Of a stretch of DNA of 64,000 nt, positions 26,845 to 35,899 are shown piece by piece (within the stretch, counting starts at the first letter, position 1; every line of letters starts with the position of its first letter). The notes beneath the pieces are model-generated. The model searched no databases. It had not been told where the DNA came from and saw nothing but the letters and a program-made list of their open reading frames with translations. This DNA comes from Candidatus Dormiibacterota bacterium (GTDB lineage: Bacteria > Chloroflexota > Dormibacteria > Aeolococcales > Aeolococcaceae). Where the stretch lies: positions 1,026,745-1,090,744 of the forward strand of contig CAVOMR010000003.1 in the NCBI GenBank assembly GCA_963697085.1, read 5' to 3'. A program made the position numbers and the translations under genes.

Positions 26845-29595
26845 ATGCCGAGCGTGGTGAGCAGCAAGGTCCAGCCTCCAAGCGCCCCGGCGCTCGCGCG
26901 CGAGCGCATCGCGGCTCAGCTCGCCGAGCTCTGGACACAGCGTCTCGGGCTGATCGTGGCGCCCGCCGGGTACGGGAAGACAACCGCGATGGCGACGCTC
27001 GCCGCATCTGCCGGCGTCCCCGTCGCCTGGTACCGCGTGGAGGGCTGGGACGCGGACGAGGCGTCGCTCCTGCTGCATCTCGAGACGGCGCTCCGCCGCG
27101 CGGCGCCTGGGCTCGCCGGTCCGTGGGGATCGCTCGCCGACGCTGCGGCGGCGGTCGAGAACGGGATCACCACGAGGACGTTGCTGGTCATCGACGACCT
27201 GCACACGATCGAGAGCACTCCCGCCGAGGCACTCCTCGAACGCTTTGTCGAGTACGCACCGGAATCGCTCGCGGTCCTTGTCGCGAGCCGGAGCCAGCCG
27301 CATTTCAACCTGCCGCGCCTGCGCGTGCTCGGCCGCGTCGTCGAGCTCGGGGTGGACGATCTCCGATTCCGCACGTGGGAGGTGGAGCAGCTCTTCCGCG
27401 AGTTCTACGCGCAGCCGCTCGGACCGCACGAGCTGGCCGAGCTGGCGCGGCGCACCGACGGCTGGGCGGCCGGTCTCCACCTCTTCCACCTGGCCACGCG
27501 CAACCGCAGCGGCGATGAGCGACGCAGCGTGCTCGGAGCGCTCAGCTCGCGCTCACGGATGATCCGAGAATTCCTGACCAGCAACGTGCTCGATCAGCTG
27601 CCTGCCGAGCTGCGCGACTTCCTGGTCGCGACGTCGGTGCTCGGCGTCCTCAACGGGCAGCTCTGCGACTGGTACCTCGGCCGCCAGGGCAGCCAGGCAA
27701 TCCTCCTCGAGCTGCATCGCCGCCGCCTCTTCACCCTCGCGCTCGACGGCGAGAGCAGCTTCCGCTACCACGAGGTGCTGCGCGCTCATCTCGAGGGAGT
27801 GCTCGTCGATGAGATCGGCGAGGACGCGGTGCAGGAGGCATGCCGCCGCGCCGGGTCGCTGCTCGAGGAAGCCGGCGCCTTGCCCGAGGCGCTGCGCGCG
27901 TACTCGCGGGCAGGCGACGCCGAAGCGGTCGCGCGCCTGCTCGGCCGCCAGGGTGCGGCGCTCGCGGACCAGCCGGGTCACTGGATCGAGGGCCTGCCGC
28001 CCGCGCTGCTCGAGAACGACCCCTGGTTGCTCCTGGCACTCGCGCGACGCCACGCGGCGGGCGGCCAGATCACGGCGGCGCTCGACGCATACCGGCGAGC
28101 CGAGACGGGCTTCGCGGGGCGGGCGCTCGCCGAGGTCTGCCGCGACGAGCGCCTGACCCTGCAGTCGTGGGCGATGCCCGAGTCGACGCACCCGCGTGAG
28201 GGCCACTGGTTGAGCCCGCTCCGGGCGCTGCTCGAGACCGGGCACGAACCCGCGGACGCGCTGGCAGCGGGGCCGCGAGGAGCGCGCTCGGCACTCATCG
28301 GCTCGATCGCGGACCTGGTGGCAGGCCGCCTCCCGGAGGCGCACGAGCACGGCCTCGAGGTGGGCGGCATCTCCGATGCGAGCCCTGCGGTCGCGGCTGC
28401 GGCGACGGCGGTGGCTGGCATCGCGTCGCTGCTCGCGGGGAACCCGGACGGCCTGTCGGAGCTCCGCCGAGCGGAGGATCGTGCAGAGCACGCGGGCATC
28501 GGGTGGGTCGCGCGCCTGGCCAGAGCAGCCCGCTCCGTCGCGGCGTGCGGAGACCCCGCGAGCGCCGCGGCCGCAGTTCGGAACGACTGCCTCGAGGACG
28601 GCGACCGCTGGGGAGCGGCCCTCGCCGTCCTCTTCGCGGGGTCGGGATTGCTCGATCGCGGCGCGCCCGATGCACAGGGAGCGCTGCGGGAGGCGGCCGA
28701 TCGCTTCCACGAGCTGCGCGCCGGGAGGCTGCAGCGGCTCGCCCGCGAGCTCGCGTCGCCGTCGCGGGCGCTTCGGCGAGGCGAAGGTACCGTTGCGCCC
28801 ATCGAGCCCTTGTTCACGCCGGACGTCACCGCGAGCCCGACCGTCGAGCTGCGTTGCTTCGGCCGTCTCCAGGTCACCGTCGACGGGCGGGATGTCGATC
28901 TCGCGGCGGTCAAACCCCGCGTTCGGTCGCTCCTGCGACTGCTCGGGGCGCAGGCGGGCGAGCCGGTGCATCGCGAGGTCGTGTGCGAAGCACTCTGGCC
29001 CGAGGCGGATCCCGCGACCGGGCTGCGGAACCTGCAGGTCGCGGTCTCATCGCTGCGCCGTCTGCTCGAACCGGGTGTTTCGCGCGGCGGCGGCGCGATC
29101 GTCGTGCGCGACGGCGATGCGTACCGGCTGGCGTTGCCGGGCATGTCGACCTGCGACGTCGTGACGTACCGGCGGATGCTCGCGCACGCGGTGCAGATCG
29201 CGGGGGTCGAGCCGGCCGCCGCGGCTGCCGAGTTCGCGGGCGCAGCCGCGATGCTCCGGACCGGGCTGCTGCCCGAGGAGGGTCCGACCGAATGGGCGGA
29301 GGCGATTCGCGAGCGGTGCCGCATCGAGGGTGCCGCCGCGGGTCTGCAGGTTGCCGAGCGGGCGCGCTCGGCGGGTGACCCATCGTCGGCCGCGCTCGTC
29401 TGCGCGGACACGGTGGTGATCGACCGCTATCTCGACCCCGCCTGGCGGCTGCTCATCGCGGTGCAGGATCAGAGCGGCGACGGCGCGGCGGCCGAGCTCA
29501 CCCGCCGGCGCTACGAGGAAGTCCTCGACGAGCTCGGGGTGGTGCGTCGAGGCGTTGCGACGCTCCCGTCGCAGGCTCCTGTCCCGGTCCGTTGA
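26845..29595 (+). CDS. large STAND-type regulator: N-terminal MalT-like P-loop NTPase, helical/TPR-like middle, C-terminal OmpR-type winged helix plus BTAD (SARP) domain
   Basis: Walker A is VAPAGYGKTTAM and Walker B is LLVIDDLH. The C-terminal part runs VELRCFGRLQVTVDGRDVDL...LLRLLGAQAGEPVHREVVCEALWPE...YRLAL...DPAWRLLIAVQ...YEEVLDELGV. Confidence 0.75.
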   Translation: MPSVVSSKVQPPSAPALARERIAAQLAELWTQRLGLIVAPAGYGKTTAMATLAASAGVPVAWYRVEGWDADEASLLLHLETALRRAAPGLAGPWGSLADAAAAVENGITTRTLLVIDDLHTIESTPAEALLERFVEYAPESLAVLVASRSQPHFNLPRLRVLGRVVELGVDDLRFRTWEVEQLFREFYAQPLGPHELAELARRTDGWAAGLHLFHLATRNRSGDERRSVLGALSSRSRMIREFLTSNVLDQLPAELRDFLVATSVLGVLNGQLCDWYLGRQGSQAILLELHRRRLFTLALDGESSFRYHEVLRAHLEGVLVDEIGEDAVQEACRRAGSLLEEAGALPEALRAYSRAGDAEAVARLLGRQGAALADQPGHWIEGLPPALLENDPWLLLALARRHAAGGQITAALDAYRRAETGFAGRALAEVCRDERLTLQSWAMPESTHPREGHWLSPLRALLETGHEPADALAAGPRGARSALIGSIADLVAGRLPEAHEHGLEVGGISDASPAVAAAATAVAGIASLLAGNPDGLSELRRAEDRAEHAGIGWVARLARAARSVAACGDPASAAAAVRNDCLEDGDRWGAALAVLFAGSGLLDRGAPDAQGALREAADRFHELRAGRLQRLARELASPSRALRRGEGTVAPIEPLFTPDVTASPTVELRCFGRLQVTVDGRDVDLAAVKPRVRSLLRLLGAQAGEPVHREVVCEALWPEADPATGLRNLQVAVSSLRRLLEPGVSRGGGAIVVRDGDAYRLALPGMSTCDVVTYRRMLAHAVQIAGVEPAAAAAEFAGAAAMLRTGLLPEEGPTEWAEAIRERCRIEGAAAGLQVAERARSAGDPSSAALVCADTVVIDRYLDPAWRLLIAVQDQSGDGAAAELTRRRYEEVLDELGVVRRGVATLPSQAPVPVR

Positions 29596-29641
29596 GCGGG
29601 CGTTGAGTGCCCGTCAATGCGTGCCTGTCACCTTGTCGCCC

Positions 29642-30283
29642 ATGGTCGCCGTCGCGAGCGTGCAGCGCATCGCAGTCGCCGTGCGCGCGCAGGATTCGAT
29701 CACCCGCGCCGGGCTCGTCGCGCAGCTTGCGCACCGGCACGAGGTGCAGGTCGTGGACGTCGATGACGCCGTCGCGGGCGGTGTCACGGTCGTCCTCGCC
29801 GACGAGGTCGACGACACCACGATCCGTGCCGTGCGCGCCGCGCGTGTCGGCGACACCAACCGCGTGGTCCTGGTTGTGACGCGTCTCACCGAGGGTGACC
29901 TGCTCAGCGCGGTCGAGGCGGGCGCATCGAGCGTGCTCCGCCGCAGCGAGGCGACGCCGGACCGGGTCGTCGACGCCGTGCGCGTGGCGTCGAGCGGGGC
30001 AGCCGCGATGTCACCGGACCTGCTCGGCCAGCTGCTTGACCACGTCGGCCGCCTGCAACGCGATGTGCTCACGCCGCGTGGCCTGCGTTTCTCGGGGCTC
30101 ACCGAGCGTGAGGTCCGCGTGTTGCGACTCATGGCCGACGGGCTCGACACCGGGGAGATCGGGCAGCGCCTCTTCTACTCCGAGCGAACCGTGAAGAACA
30201 TCGTGCACGACATCACGAGCAGGTTGCACCTGCGCAATCGCACCCACGCGGTCGCGTACGCGCTCCGCCAGGGCTTCATCTGA
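29642..30283 (+). CDS. LuxR/NarL-family regulator with a receiver-like N-terminal domain (orphan, possibly atypical)
   Basis: The C-terminal HTH is LTEREVRVLRLMADGLDTGEIGQRLFYSERTVKNIVHDITSRLHLRNRTHAVAYAL. The receiver-like part has VVLAD and VVLVVT, but Arg sits where the conserved Lys is expected. No kinase gene is adjacent. Confidence 0.75.
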   Translation: MVAVASVQRIAVAVRAQDSITRAGLVAQLAHRHEVQVVDVDDAVAGGVTVVLADEVDDTTIRAVRAARVGDTNRVVLVVTRLTEGDLLSAVEAGASSVLRRSEATPDRVVDAVRVASSGAAAMSPDLLGQLLDHVGRLQRDVLTPRGLRFSGLTEREVRVLRLMADGLDTGEIGQRLFYSERTVKNIVHDITSRLHLRNRTHAVAYALRQGFI

Positions 30284-30338
30284 CGACGATCAAGTGACAG
30301 CGCGGGACATCACCCGCGGTAGGAGTGGAGGAGAGAGC

Positions 30339-30833
30339 GTGACCGATATTCCGCAGGACGCACCCCGATCTGAGGACGGTCAATGGTGGTGGGACGGAGC
30401 CCAGTGGCAACCGGTCACCGACGCGAGCCAGGGCCAGCAGCAGGGCGGTCAGCCAGGTGGCGGCGGTGGCACCCCCGGTGATGCCGGCGCGGCCGAATTC
30501 GGCTTTGACAACAACGGGCTGATCGTCCAGGTCGACCAGAGCGACAACCCCGACAACCACGTCACGCTGCATGTCGATGCCGGCACCGAGGCGGTCTTCA
30601 CCGTCTGCAACATGGGCACGGCCGATGGCACTGCGACGGTGACGATCTACGTCGACGATCAGCAGGTGCAGACCTGGACGTCCGGCACCGTCGCGGCAGG
30701 TCAGTGCGAGGGCGCCAACGTCTCCGGGTGCGGCAGGTACGGCGCCGGGTCACACACATTCCGCGCCATCGTGACCCCCGGGCAATCCGGCAACGACGAC
30801 ACGACAAATACTGTCGATATCGGCGATAACTGA
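30339..30833 (+). CDS. small hypothetical protein: Trp-rich N-terminal motif, Gly/Gln linker, Ig-like (CARDB-like) C-terminal domain
   Basis: GTG 30339 follows GGAGGAGAG. The sequence is VTDIPQDAPRSEDGQWWWDGAQWQPV (DUF2510-like motif), then ...HVTLHVDAGTEAVFTVCNMGTADGTATVTIYVDD. Confidence 0.5.
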   Translation: MTDIPQDAPRSEDGQWWWDGAQWQPVTDASQGQQQGGQPGGGGGTPGDAGAAEFGFDNNGLIVQVDQSDNPDNHVTLHVDAGTEAVFTVCNMGTADGTATVTIYVDDQQVQTWTSGTVAAGQCEGANVSGCGRYGAGSHTFRAIVTPGQSGNDDTTNTVDIGDN

Positions 30834-30840
30834 GGCAGGC

Positions 30841-32592
30841 CTACTGCTTGCCGAAGAACTCCACGTCGCTGAGCGCGACGGCGGTGCCGGTCGTTGACGG
30901 GTACACCGACGTGATCTGAATGGTCATGCTCGTGATGGAGCTCGCGCCGTTGATGGTGAACTGCTGCGAGTTGCCGGTGTCGGCGAGCGTCAGGTTCTGC
31001 GACCCGCCGTTGGAGAACACGATGTGCACCTCTTTCGGCCGCGCCTCGGACAGCTCGTTGGCGGTGTCGCCGGAGATGAAGAGCATCACGCTGATGTTGG
31101 TGTTCGGCGCAAAGCCGACCGTCAGCGTCGGATGCGGGTCCTTGGCGAGCGCCGCCTCCCAGAACGTGTTGCTGAAGGCGTCGACGGCGAGGCTGCCGTC
31201 GTGCCCGCTCACCGCGGAGCTCGCCTTCACCGACGTGGCGTGCACCGGCGTCGGTGGGCTGATCTTGCCCGTGAAGTTCGAGATCACGGCGTTGACCTTG
31301 CTGTTGACCGCGTCCCGGAACTGCGGGAGCGCGCCGTACGCAAGGCCGCCGAGCAGGATCACCGCCAGCACGACGTAGCGACCGACCCGCAGGATCGCGC
31401 CGAAGCTGAACCCACCGCGTTTGGAGCCGGGCCGCTCGCCCGCGGCGAGAACCTTGGCCTTGCGATGCGGGAGTATCCGCCGCCACCACGATGTGGACGC
31501 GATCGTGGCCGTCGCCAGCGACTGGCCGCAACGGCTGCAGAACTTCCTGACCGGCTCGTTGCCCTCACCGCACTGGCCGCAGATGAGGTCGCCGGGCTTG
31601 AGCCGCTTGCTCGGTGGGGCCGCCGCCGCGGGTTTGGGCAGTGGCCGGGCACGGAGCGCCGCAGGCTGCATCGCGGCGGGCTGCACCGCGGTCGGCTGCA
31701 CGCTTGCCGGCTGAGCCGGCGTCGCGGGAGCGGCCATCGGGGCCGCGGCAGTGGGAGCGGTGGCCGCCGGCTCCATCCCGGCGCCGGGCGCGCTCACCGG
31801 CCCGGAGGTTGAGGACGGTGTGACCCGGATGATCACGGGGGCGGGCGTCGGCGCGGGCAGGGTCGGAGGTGGCAGGGTCGGGCGCGGAAGGCTTGGCGCA
31901 ACCGGTGCCGGGGGCGGCGTCGCCGACCCCGTTGCGGCGGCGAGCGGGGAGACCGCACCCGGCGGCGGCCCGACGGGCGGGGCGCTCCTCGGCGGCCCCG
32001 ACGGCGGTGGGCTCGACGGCGGCGGGCTGGATGGCGGCGGGCTGGACGGCGGGCTCGACATCGGCGCCCCGGACGGAGGCGGGCTCGTCGGCGCGGCGGA
32101 CAGCGGCGGCCCGATCGGCGGCGCGCTCCGTGGCGGCCCGGACGGCGGTGGGCTCGACGGCGGTGGCGAGCTCGGGGGCGCGCTGCGTGGCGGACCGGAC
32201 GGAGGAGGCGAGCTCGGCGGCGCGCTCCGCGGCGCTCCGACGGGAGGCATCGAGGGACCGATCGGCCGCGGCGTCGCCGAGGGCGCTCCGAGCGGCGCCG
32301 GGGAACCCGGCATCGCCGGCCGAGCGCCGGGCGCCGGCATGGGCATGCCCGGGATGGTCGCGGGCGGGTCGATCGCCTCCTTCTTCGGAACGCCGATCGC
32401 CGTCACCTGCTGGACGAGCGCCATGAATCCGCCGCGGCGCGCGGGTTCCGACGCCTCCGGGACCGTGGGCGCAGCCTCGGGCGTGGCCGGGGGAGTGACC
32501 TTCTCCCCTGTCCACTCGAGGAATGCACCGCACGAGCCGCAGAACGTGTCGGCGTCAGAGTTGTTGAAGCCGCACTTCTTGCAGACGATCAT
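30841..32592 (-). CDS. bitopic membrane protein: two zinc ribbons, a ~190-aa Pro-rich tract, one TM, and a C-terminal discoidin/F5-8-type-C-like domain. It is the last gene of the CIS operon.
   Basis: Zinc ribbons are MIVCKKCGFNNSDADTFCGSCG and LICGQCGEGNEPVRKFCSRCG. The TM is GRYVVLAVILLGGLAYGAL. The C-terminal part runs SGHDGSLAVDAFSNTFWEA...ALSDVEFFGKQ. The gene starts 10 nt after the gpI-like stop. Confidence 0.65.
   Translation of the reverse strand: MIVCKKCGFNNSDADTFCGSCGAFLEWTGEKVTPPATPEAAPTVPEASEPARRGGFMALVQQVTAIGVPKKEAIDPPATIPGMPMPAPGARPAMPGSPAPLGAPSATPRPIGPSMPPVGAPRSAPPSSPPPSGPPRSAPPSSPPPSSPPPSGPPRSAPPIGPPLSAAPTSPPPSGAPMSSPPSSPPPSSPPPSSPPPSGPPRSAPPVGPPPGAVSPLAAATGSATPPPAPVAPSLPRPTLPPPTLPAPTPAPVIIRVTPSSTSGPVSAPGAGMEPAATAPTAAAPMAAPATPAQPASVQPTAVQPAAMQPAALRARPLPKPAAAAPPSKRLKPGDLICGQCGEGNEPVRKFCSRCGQSLATATIASTSWWRRILPHRKAKVLAAGERPGSKRGGFSFGAILRVGRYVVLAVILLGGLAYGALPQFRDAVNSKVNAVISNFTGKISPPTPVHATSVKASSAVSGHDGSLAVDAFSNTFWEAALAKDPHPTLTVGFAPNTNISVMLFISGDTANELSEARPKEVHIVFSNGGSQNLTLADTGNSQQFTINGASSITSMTIQITSVYPSTTGTAVALSDVEFFGKQ
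31806..32367. repeat. low-complexity Pro/Ser/Ala-coding repeats (SAPPSSPPPSGPPR-type) inside 30841-32592
   Basis: The translated tract is ...PRSAPPSSPPPSGPPRSAPPSSPPPSSPPPSGPPRSAPPIGPP.... The DNA is GGC/GGG-rich on the + strand. Confidence 0.6.
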
Positions 32593-32602
32593 CGATCGTC
32601 GC

Positions 32603-33154
32603 TCAACCTCCCGTCGCGATCTCCAATGCGTGGATCACGTGGGCCGGCTTCGAGGCGCCGACCAGCCGGTCAAGCGCGCGCGTGTCGATACCGGCGACGT
32701 CGTCCACATAGACCCGTATTGTCATACGCGGCTCGGGCTGACCGGGCAGGTCTGCGCCACTTTCGCGAGACCAGGCGACGCCGCCCGACTCGACGATCTC
32801 GACCCGGCCGCCGGTGACGAGCTCGACATGGGCTCGAAGGCCCTCGGCGGTACCCCGGATCCGGTAGATCTCGACGGCGCGGCGCACCAGCGCGCGACGG
32901 CGCTCCTCGGGCCAGTCATCGTCGAGCTCGGTCGCGACCCAGCCGCCCAGCCACGCCAGAAAGTCGTCCGGCGCGACGTCGGGATCGTGGTACGCCGCGA
33001 GATTGTCGAGCGATGCGATCAGCGGGCTCAGCACCTCGTCGAGGCCCGCCGTGAGCGCCTGGGCGAACCGGTCCTCCTGGTACAGCGCCGGGAGGTACGG
33101 TCCGAGCGGATGTGGGGTGGGCAGCCCCGGTACGAGCGCCCGCATCGCGCTCAC
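32603..33154 (-). CDS. CIS baseplate wedge protein, phage P2 gpI-like (Afp12/Pvc12-class N-terminal domain only)
   Basis: Sequence LPALYQEDRFAQALTAGLDEVLSPLIASLDNLAAYHDPDVAPDDFLAWLGGWV...VEIYRIRGTAEGL. GTG 33154 overlaps the gpJ stop (GTGA). ATG 33145 is an alternative start. Confidence 0.75.
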   Translation of the reverse strand: MSAMRALVPGLPTPHPLGPYLPALYQEDRFAQALTAGLDEVLSPLIASLDNLAAYHDPDVAPDDFLAWLGGWVATELDDDWPEERRRALVRRAVEIYRIRGTAEGLRAHVELVTGGRVEIVESGGVAWSRESGADLPGQPEPRMTIRVYVDDVAGIDTRALDRLVGASKPAHVIHALEIATGG

Positions 33155-35100
33155 GCCGACTCGACCCTGACCTGGTGCTCGTACGAGAAGACGAGCGAGT
33201 TCGACGCCACCTCGAGCCGCTGGGTCGCCGACCCGCGCGACCCGGTGGTCGGATCCGCGCCGAAGATGCGCACGTCCTCGACCAGCTCGACGTCGGGCAC
33301 CGACTGGAGGATCGAGAAGATCTCGCCGGACTGCACCGGCCGGCCGAACGGCCATCCCTGGCCGTCCGGGCCCCCGCTGATCGGGTTGAGGTGCCCGAAG
33401 AGGGCGTCGAGCGCGGCCGCCTCAACGCGGGCGACGCTGGCCCGTGGTCGGGACCGCAGCCGGGCGACGACGGTGACGCCCTGGTACAGCGGCGGCTCGA
33501 CGAGCACGCGCGTGCCCACGAGACGGGCGCCCTCGAGACGGGACGCGATCGCCTGCAGCGTCTCCTCACTCGGGATCAGCTGCTCGAACCGCAGACGCCC
33601 GCGGTCCTCGGGGGCGGATGGGACGACCAGGATGCGCACCGATCCCGCCTCGAGGCCCTCACCGGCGGCGAGGCAGCGCACCCGCCCAACCTCCGGCGCC
33701 GCCTCGCGCGAGAGCTGCTCGAAATCCTCCGCGGTCACCGCCCGGGCGCGCGTGCGCAGCTGGATCGGGCCGCGCTGCTTCGCGTTCTCGAGATCCTCGC
33801 CGTCGACGCCACCGCGCGCCGCCTGCCGGTTCTCGACACGGGCGACGTAGGGGATCGACGACTTCAGCACGGAGATCGCGCCGCGGCTCACGTTCCCGCC
33901 GCGACCGCCCCCGGTCGCGTAGGAGCGGAGGCGGAGCTGCTCGCCTTTCGCGGGCACCCGCCCGTAGAGGCGGATCGAGCCGTCGGGCTGGCGGACCGCC
34001 GGACCGAGCTGCACCTCGCCCGCCGCCGCGTCGAGGACGAACACCGCGTCGTCGGGCCCGGCGGCTGCGAAGTTCTGCACCTCCGTCCACGGCGTCCAGC
34101 CGTCGTCCGTGCTGCACTCGAGCACCGGATCGCCCGCGCCCGCGAGGACCGGGGCCCTCCGGACGGGGAACCGCTGACCCGACGTGCCGTCCGAGATCCC
34201 GAGCACCTCCTCGGTGACGATCTCCGCGTTCACGCCGTCGATCGTGCCGCCGATCGTCGCGGCTTCGACCGCCTGGATCTGCGGCGACGCGTTGTACGCG
34301 GGCTGGCCCTCGACGGGTGCGGTGATCCGCGCCCGAATCCATCCGCCGCGCCGGCCGTCGAGGACTGCGGGGACGTGCTCGCGACCGACATGGATGACCA
34401 CGTCACCGTCGCGGTTCAATCCGCCCGTCGCGTCGGCGTCGACGTCGCACTCGTGCCACGTCTCGCCGTCCCAGGCCTCCCAGACGAGCGGCGGATCCTT
34501 GGGATCGACGCCGACACCCTCGATCTGGCACTGCATGCGCAGCCGGACCGCGCAGTGCGGCACCGCGTCGCTGAGGCCGATGACCAGCGCGTCATCCGGC
34601 TTCGGCTTGGCTGCGAATGCCGCGAACCTCGAGCCGCGACGGAGCTCCTCGGTCCTGTCGACGCGCTCATCGGCGCCCGCGGCCTGCGTCGCGATCGACG
34701 CGAGCGAGCAGGGCACGACGTCCAGGTCCTCAACGGTCGAGAAGACGATCGCCCTGTCGGTCTCGGTGCGGACCGTCGCCGCCTTCGTGTTCACGGCGAT
34801 GCGCTGCACGGCCTCGGGAGGCGCGGCGAGCCAGAACGTGAGCGGCGTGCGCGCCGGAGTCGGCGGAAAGAGGCGCACGTCGATGAGCTCGAGAAACTTG
34901 ACATAGAGGCGATCGGGGACGCGGTTCAGCCGGTACACGAGCTGATCCGTCATCCACGCGAAGGTCTCGATCAGGGTCACACCCGGGTCGGAGACGTTGT
35001 GGTCGGTCCACTCCGGGCAGCGTTGCTGCACCATGCGTTTCGCCTCGTCGACGAGGTCCTGGAAGCGGCGGTCGTCGAGGTTGGGGACGGGAAGGGTCAT
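33151..35100 (-). CDS. CIS baseplate protein, gpJ / T4 gp6-like (Baseplate_J)
   Basis: Sequence MTLPVPNLDDRRFQDLVDEAKRMVQQRCPEWTDHNVSDPGVTLIETFAWMTDQLVYRLNRVPD. The start overlaps the gp25 stop (ATGA). Confidence 0.85.
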   Translation of the reverse strand: MTLPVPNLDDRRFQDLVDEAKRMVQQRCPEWTDHNVSDPGVTLIETFAWMTDQLVYRLNRVPDRLYVKFLELIDVRLFPPTPARTPLTFWLAAPPEAVQRIAVNTKAATVRTETDRAIVFSTVEDLDVVPCSLASIATQAAGADERVDRTEELRRGSRFAAFAAKPKPDDALVIGLSDAVPHCAVRLRMQCQIEGVGVDPKDPPLVWEAWDGETWHECDVDADATGGLNRDGDVVIHVGREHVPAVLDGRRGGWIRARITAPVEGQPAYNASPQIQAVEAATIGGTIDGVNAEIVTEEVLGISDGTSGQRFPVRRAPVLAGAGDPVLECSTDDGWTPWTEVQNFAAAGPDDAVFVLDAAAGEVQLGPAVRQPDGSIRLYGRVPAKGEQLRLRSYATGGGRGGNVSRGAISVLKSSIPYVARVENRQAARGGVDGEDLENAKQRGPIQLRTRARAVTAEDFEQLSREAAPEVGRVRCLAAGEGLEAGSVRILVVPSAPEDRGRLRFEQLIPSEETLQAIASRLEGARLVGTRVLVEPPLYQGVTVVARLRSRPRASVARVEAAALDALFGHLNPISGGPDGQGWPFGRPVQSGEIFSILQSVPDVELVEDVRIFGADPTTGSRGSATQRLEVASNSLVFSYEHQVRVESA

Positions 35101-35507
35101 GCCTCACTCTCGCTCGGAATGGTGTAGAAGGGAAACACCAGGTTGCGCGGGTCGTTGGTCGCCTTCGGGCGGTAGTGGACGTTGATGTAGAGCAGCGCCG
35201 GGTCGTCGTCGTCCGGGACCACGTCGACCTCCTCGATGATCACGCGCGGTTCCCAGCGCAGCAGTGACTTGCGCACCTCGACCGCGATCGCGTGCGCCGA
35301 GCTCGCGTCGGTGCCCGCGAACACGTAGTTGTGCACGCCGCACCCGAACTCGGGACGCATCGGGCGCTCGCCCGGCGCGGTGGCGAGGATGAGCCGCATC
35401 GCCTCCTCGAGCTCGCGCTCGCGGGACACGAGCGCGATGCCGCCGGTCGCATCGGTGCGCAGGGGGAATCCCCACCCGGATCCTATGAAATCGTCACTGT
35501 TAGCCAT
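35097..35507 (-). CDS. CIS baseplate wedge protein, GPW/gp25 family
   Basis: Sequence MANSDDFIGSGWGFPLRTDATGGIALVSRERELEEAMRLILATAPGERPMRPEFGCGVH. Confidence 0.88.
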   Translation of the reverse strand: MANSDDFIGSGWGFPLRTDATGGIALVSRERELEEAMRLILATAPGERPMRPEFGCGVHNYVFAGTDASSAHAIAVEVRKSLLRWEPRVIIEEVDVVPDDDDPALLYINVHYRPKATNDPRNLVFPFYTIPSESEA

Positions 35508-35511
35508 AACT

Positions 35512-35898
35512 TCACCCGATGAGCACGTTGGCGACGGTCGGCGTGATCGTCCCGGGGGTCGCGCAGCACGTGCACGTCGAGGACGCGGTGGCGGCGGGCT
35601 GGCCGCCGAGGAGCACGGTGAGGCTGCCGCTGACGATCGTGCCGATCTGCATGACCGGCACCATGTACGGATCGGCCGGAAAGAGGCCAACATGCGGCGG
35701 CGTGTTGTAGCCGGTGCAACCGACCACGGCTGCAGGCTTGCCACCGATCAGGACCGTCGGACAGACGCCGATCGTGATCGGCGCGCTGAACGGCAGCGGC
35801 GGCGAGGGTTGCGGGATCCCCGTGGCCGGGTTGGGAATGATGTGGATCGGGCACATCCCCGTGATCTGATCGCCCAGGACGATGGCAGGCGTGCCCAT
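35512..35898 (-). CDS. PAAR-domain spike-tip protein
   Basis: 128 aa, Gly/Pro/Cys/His-rich: GDQITGMCPIHIIP...VLIGGKPAAVVG...VLLGGQPAA. Confidence 0.75.
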   Translation of the reverse strand: MGTPAIVLGDQITGMCPIHIIPNPATGIPQPSPPLPFSAPITIGVCPTVLIGGKPAAVVGCTGYNTPPHVGLFPADPYMVPVMQIGTIVSGSLTVLLGGQPAATASSTCTCCATPGTITPTVANVLIG

Positions 35899-35899
35899 C

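Noticed and set aside
26845-29595. The STAND NTPase could be an Avs/NLR-like antiphage defence protein.
   Set aside because: Its C-terminal output is an OmpR-type winged helix plus a BTAD domain. This indicates a transcription factor rather than a nuclease, protease or TIR effector.
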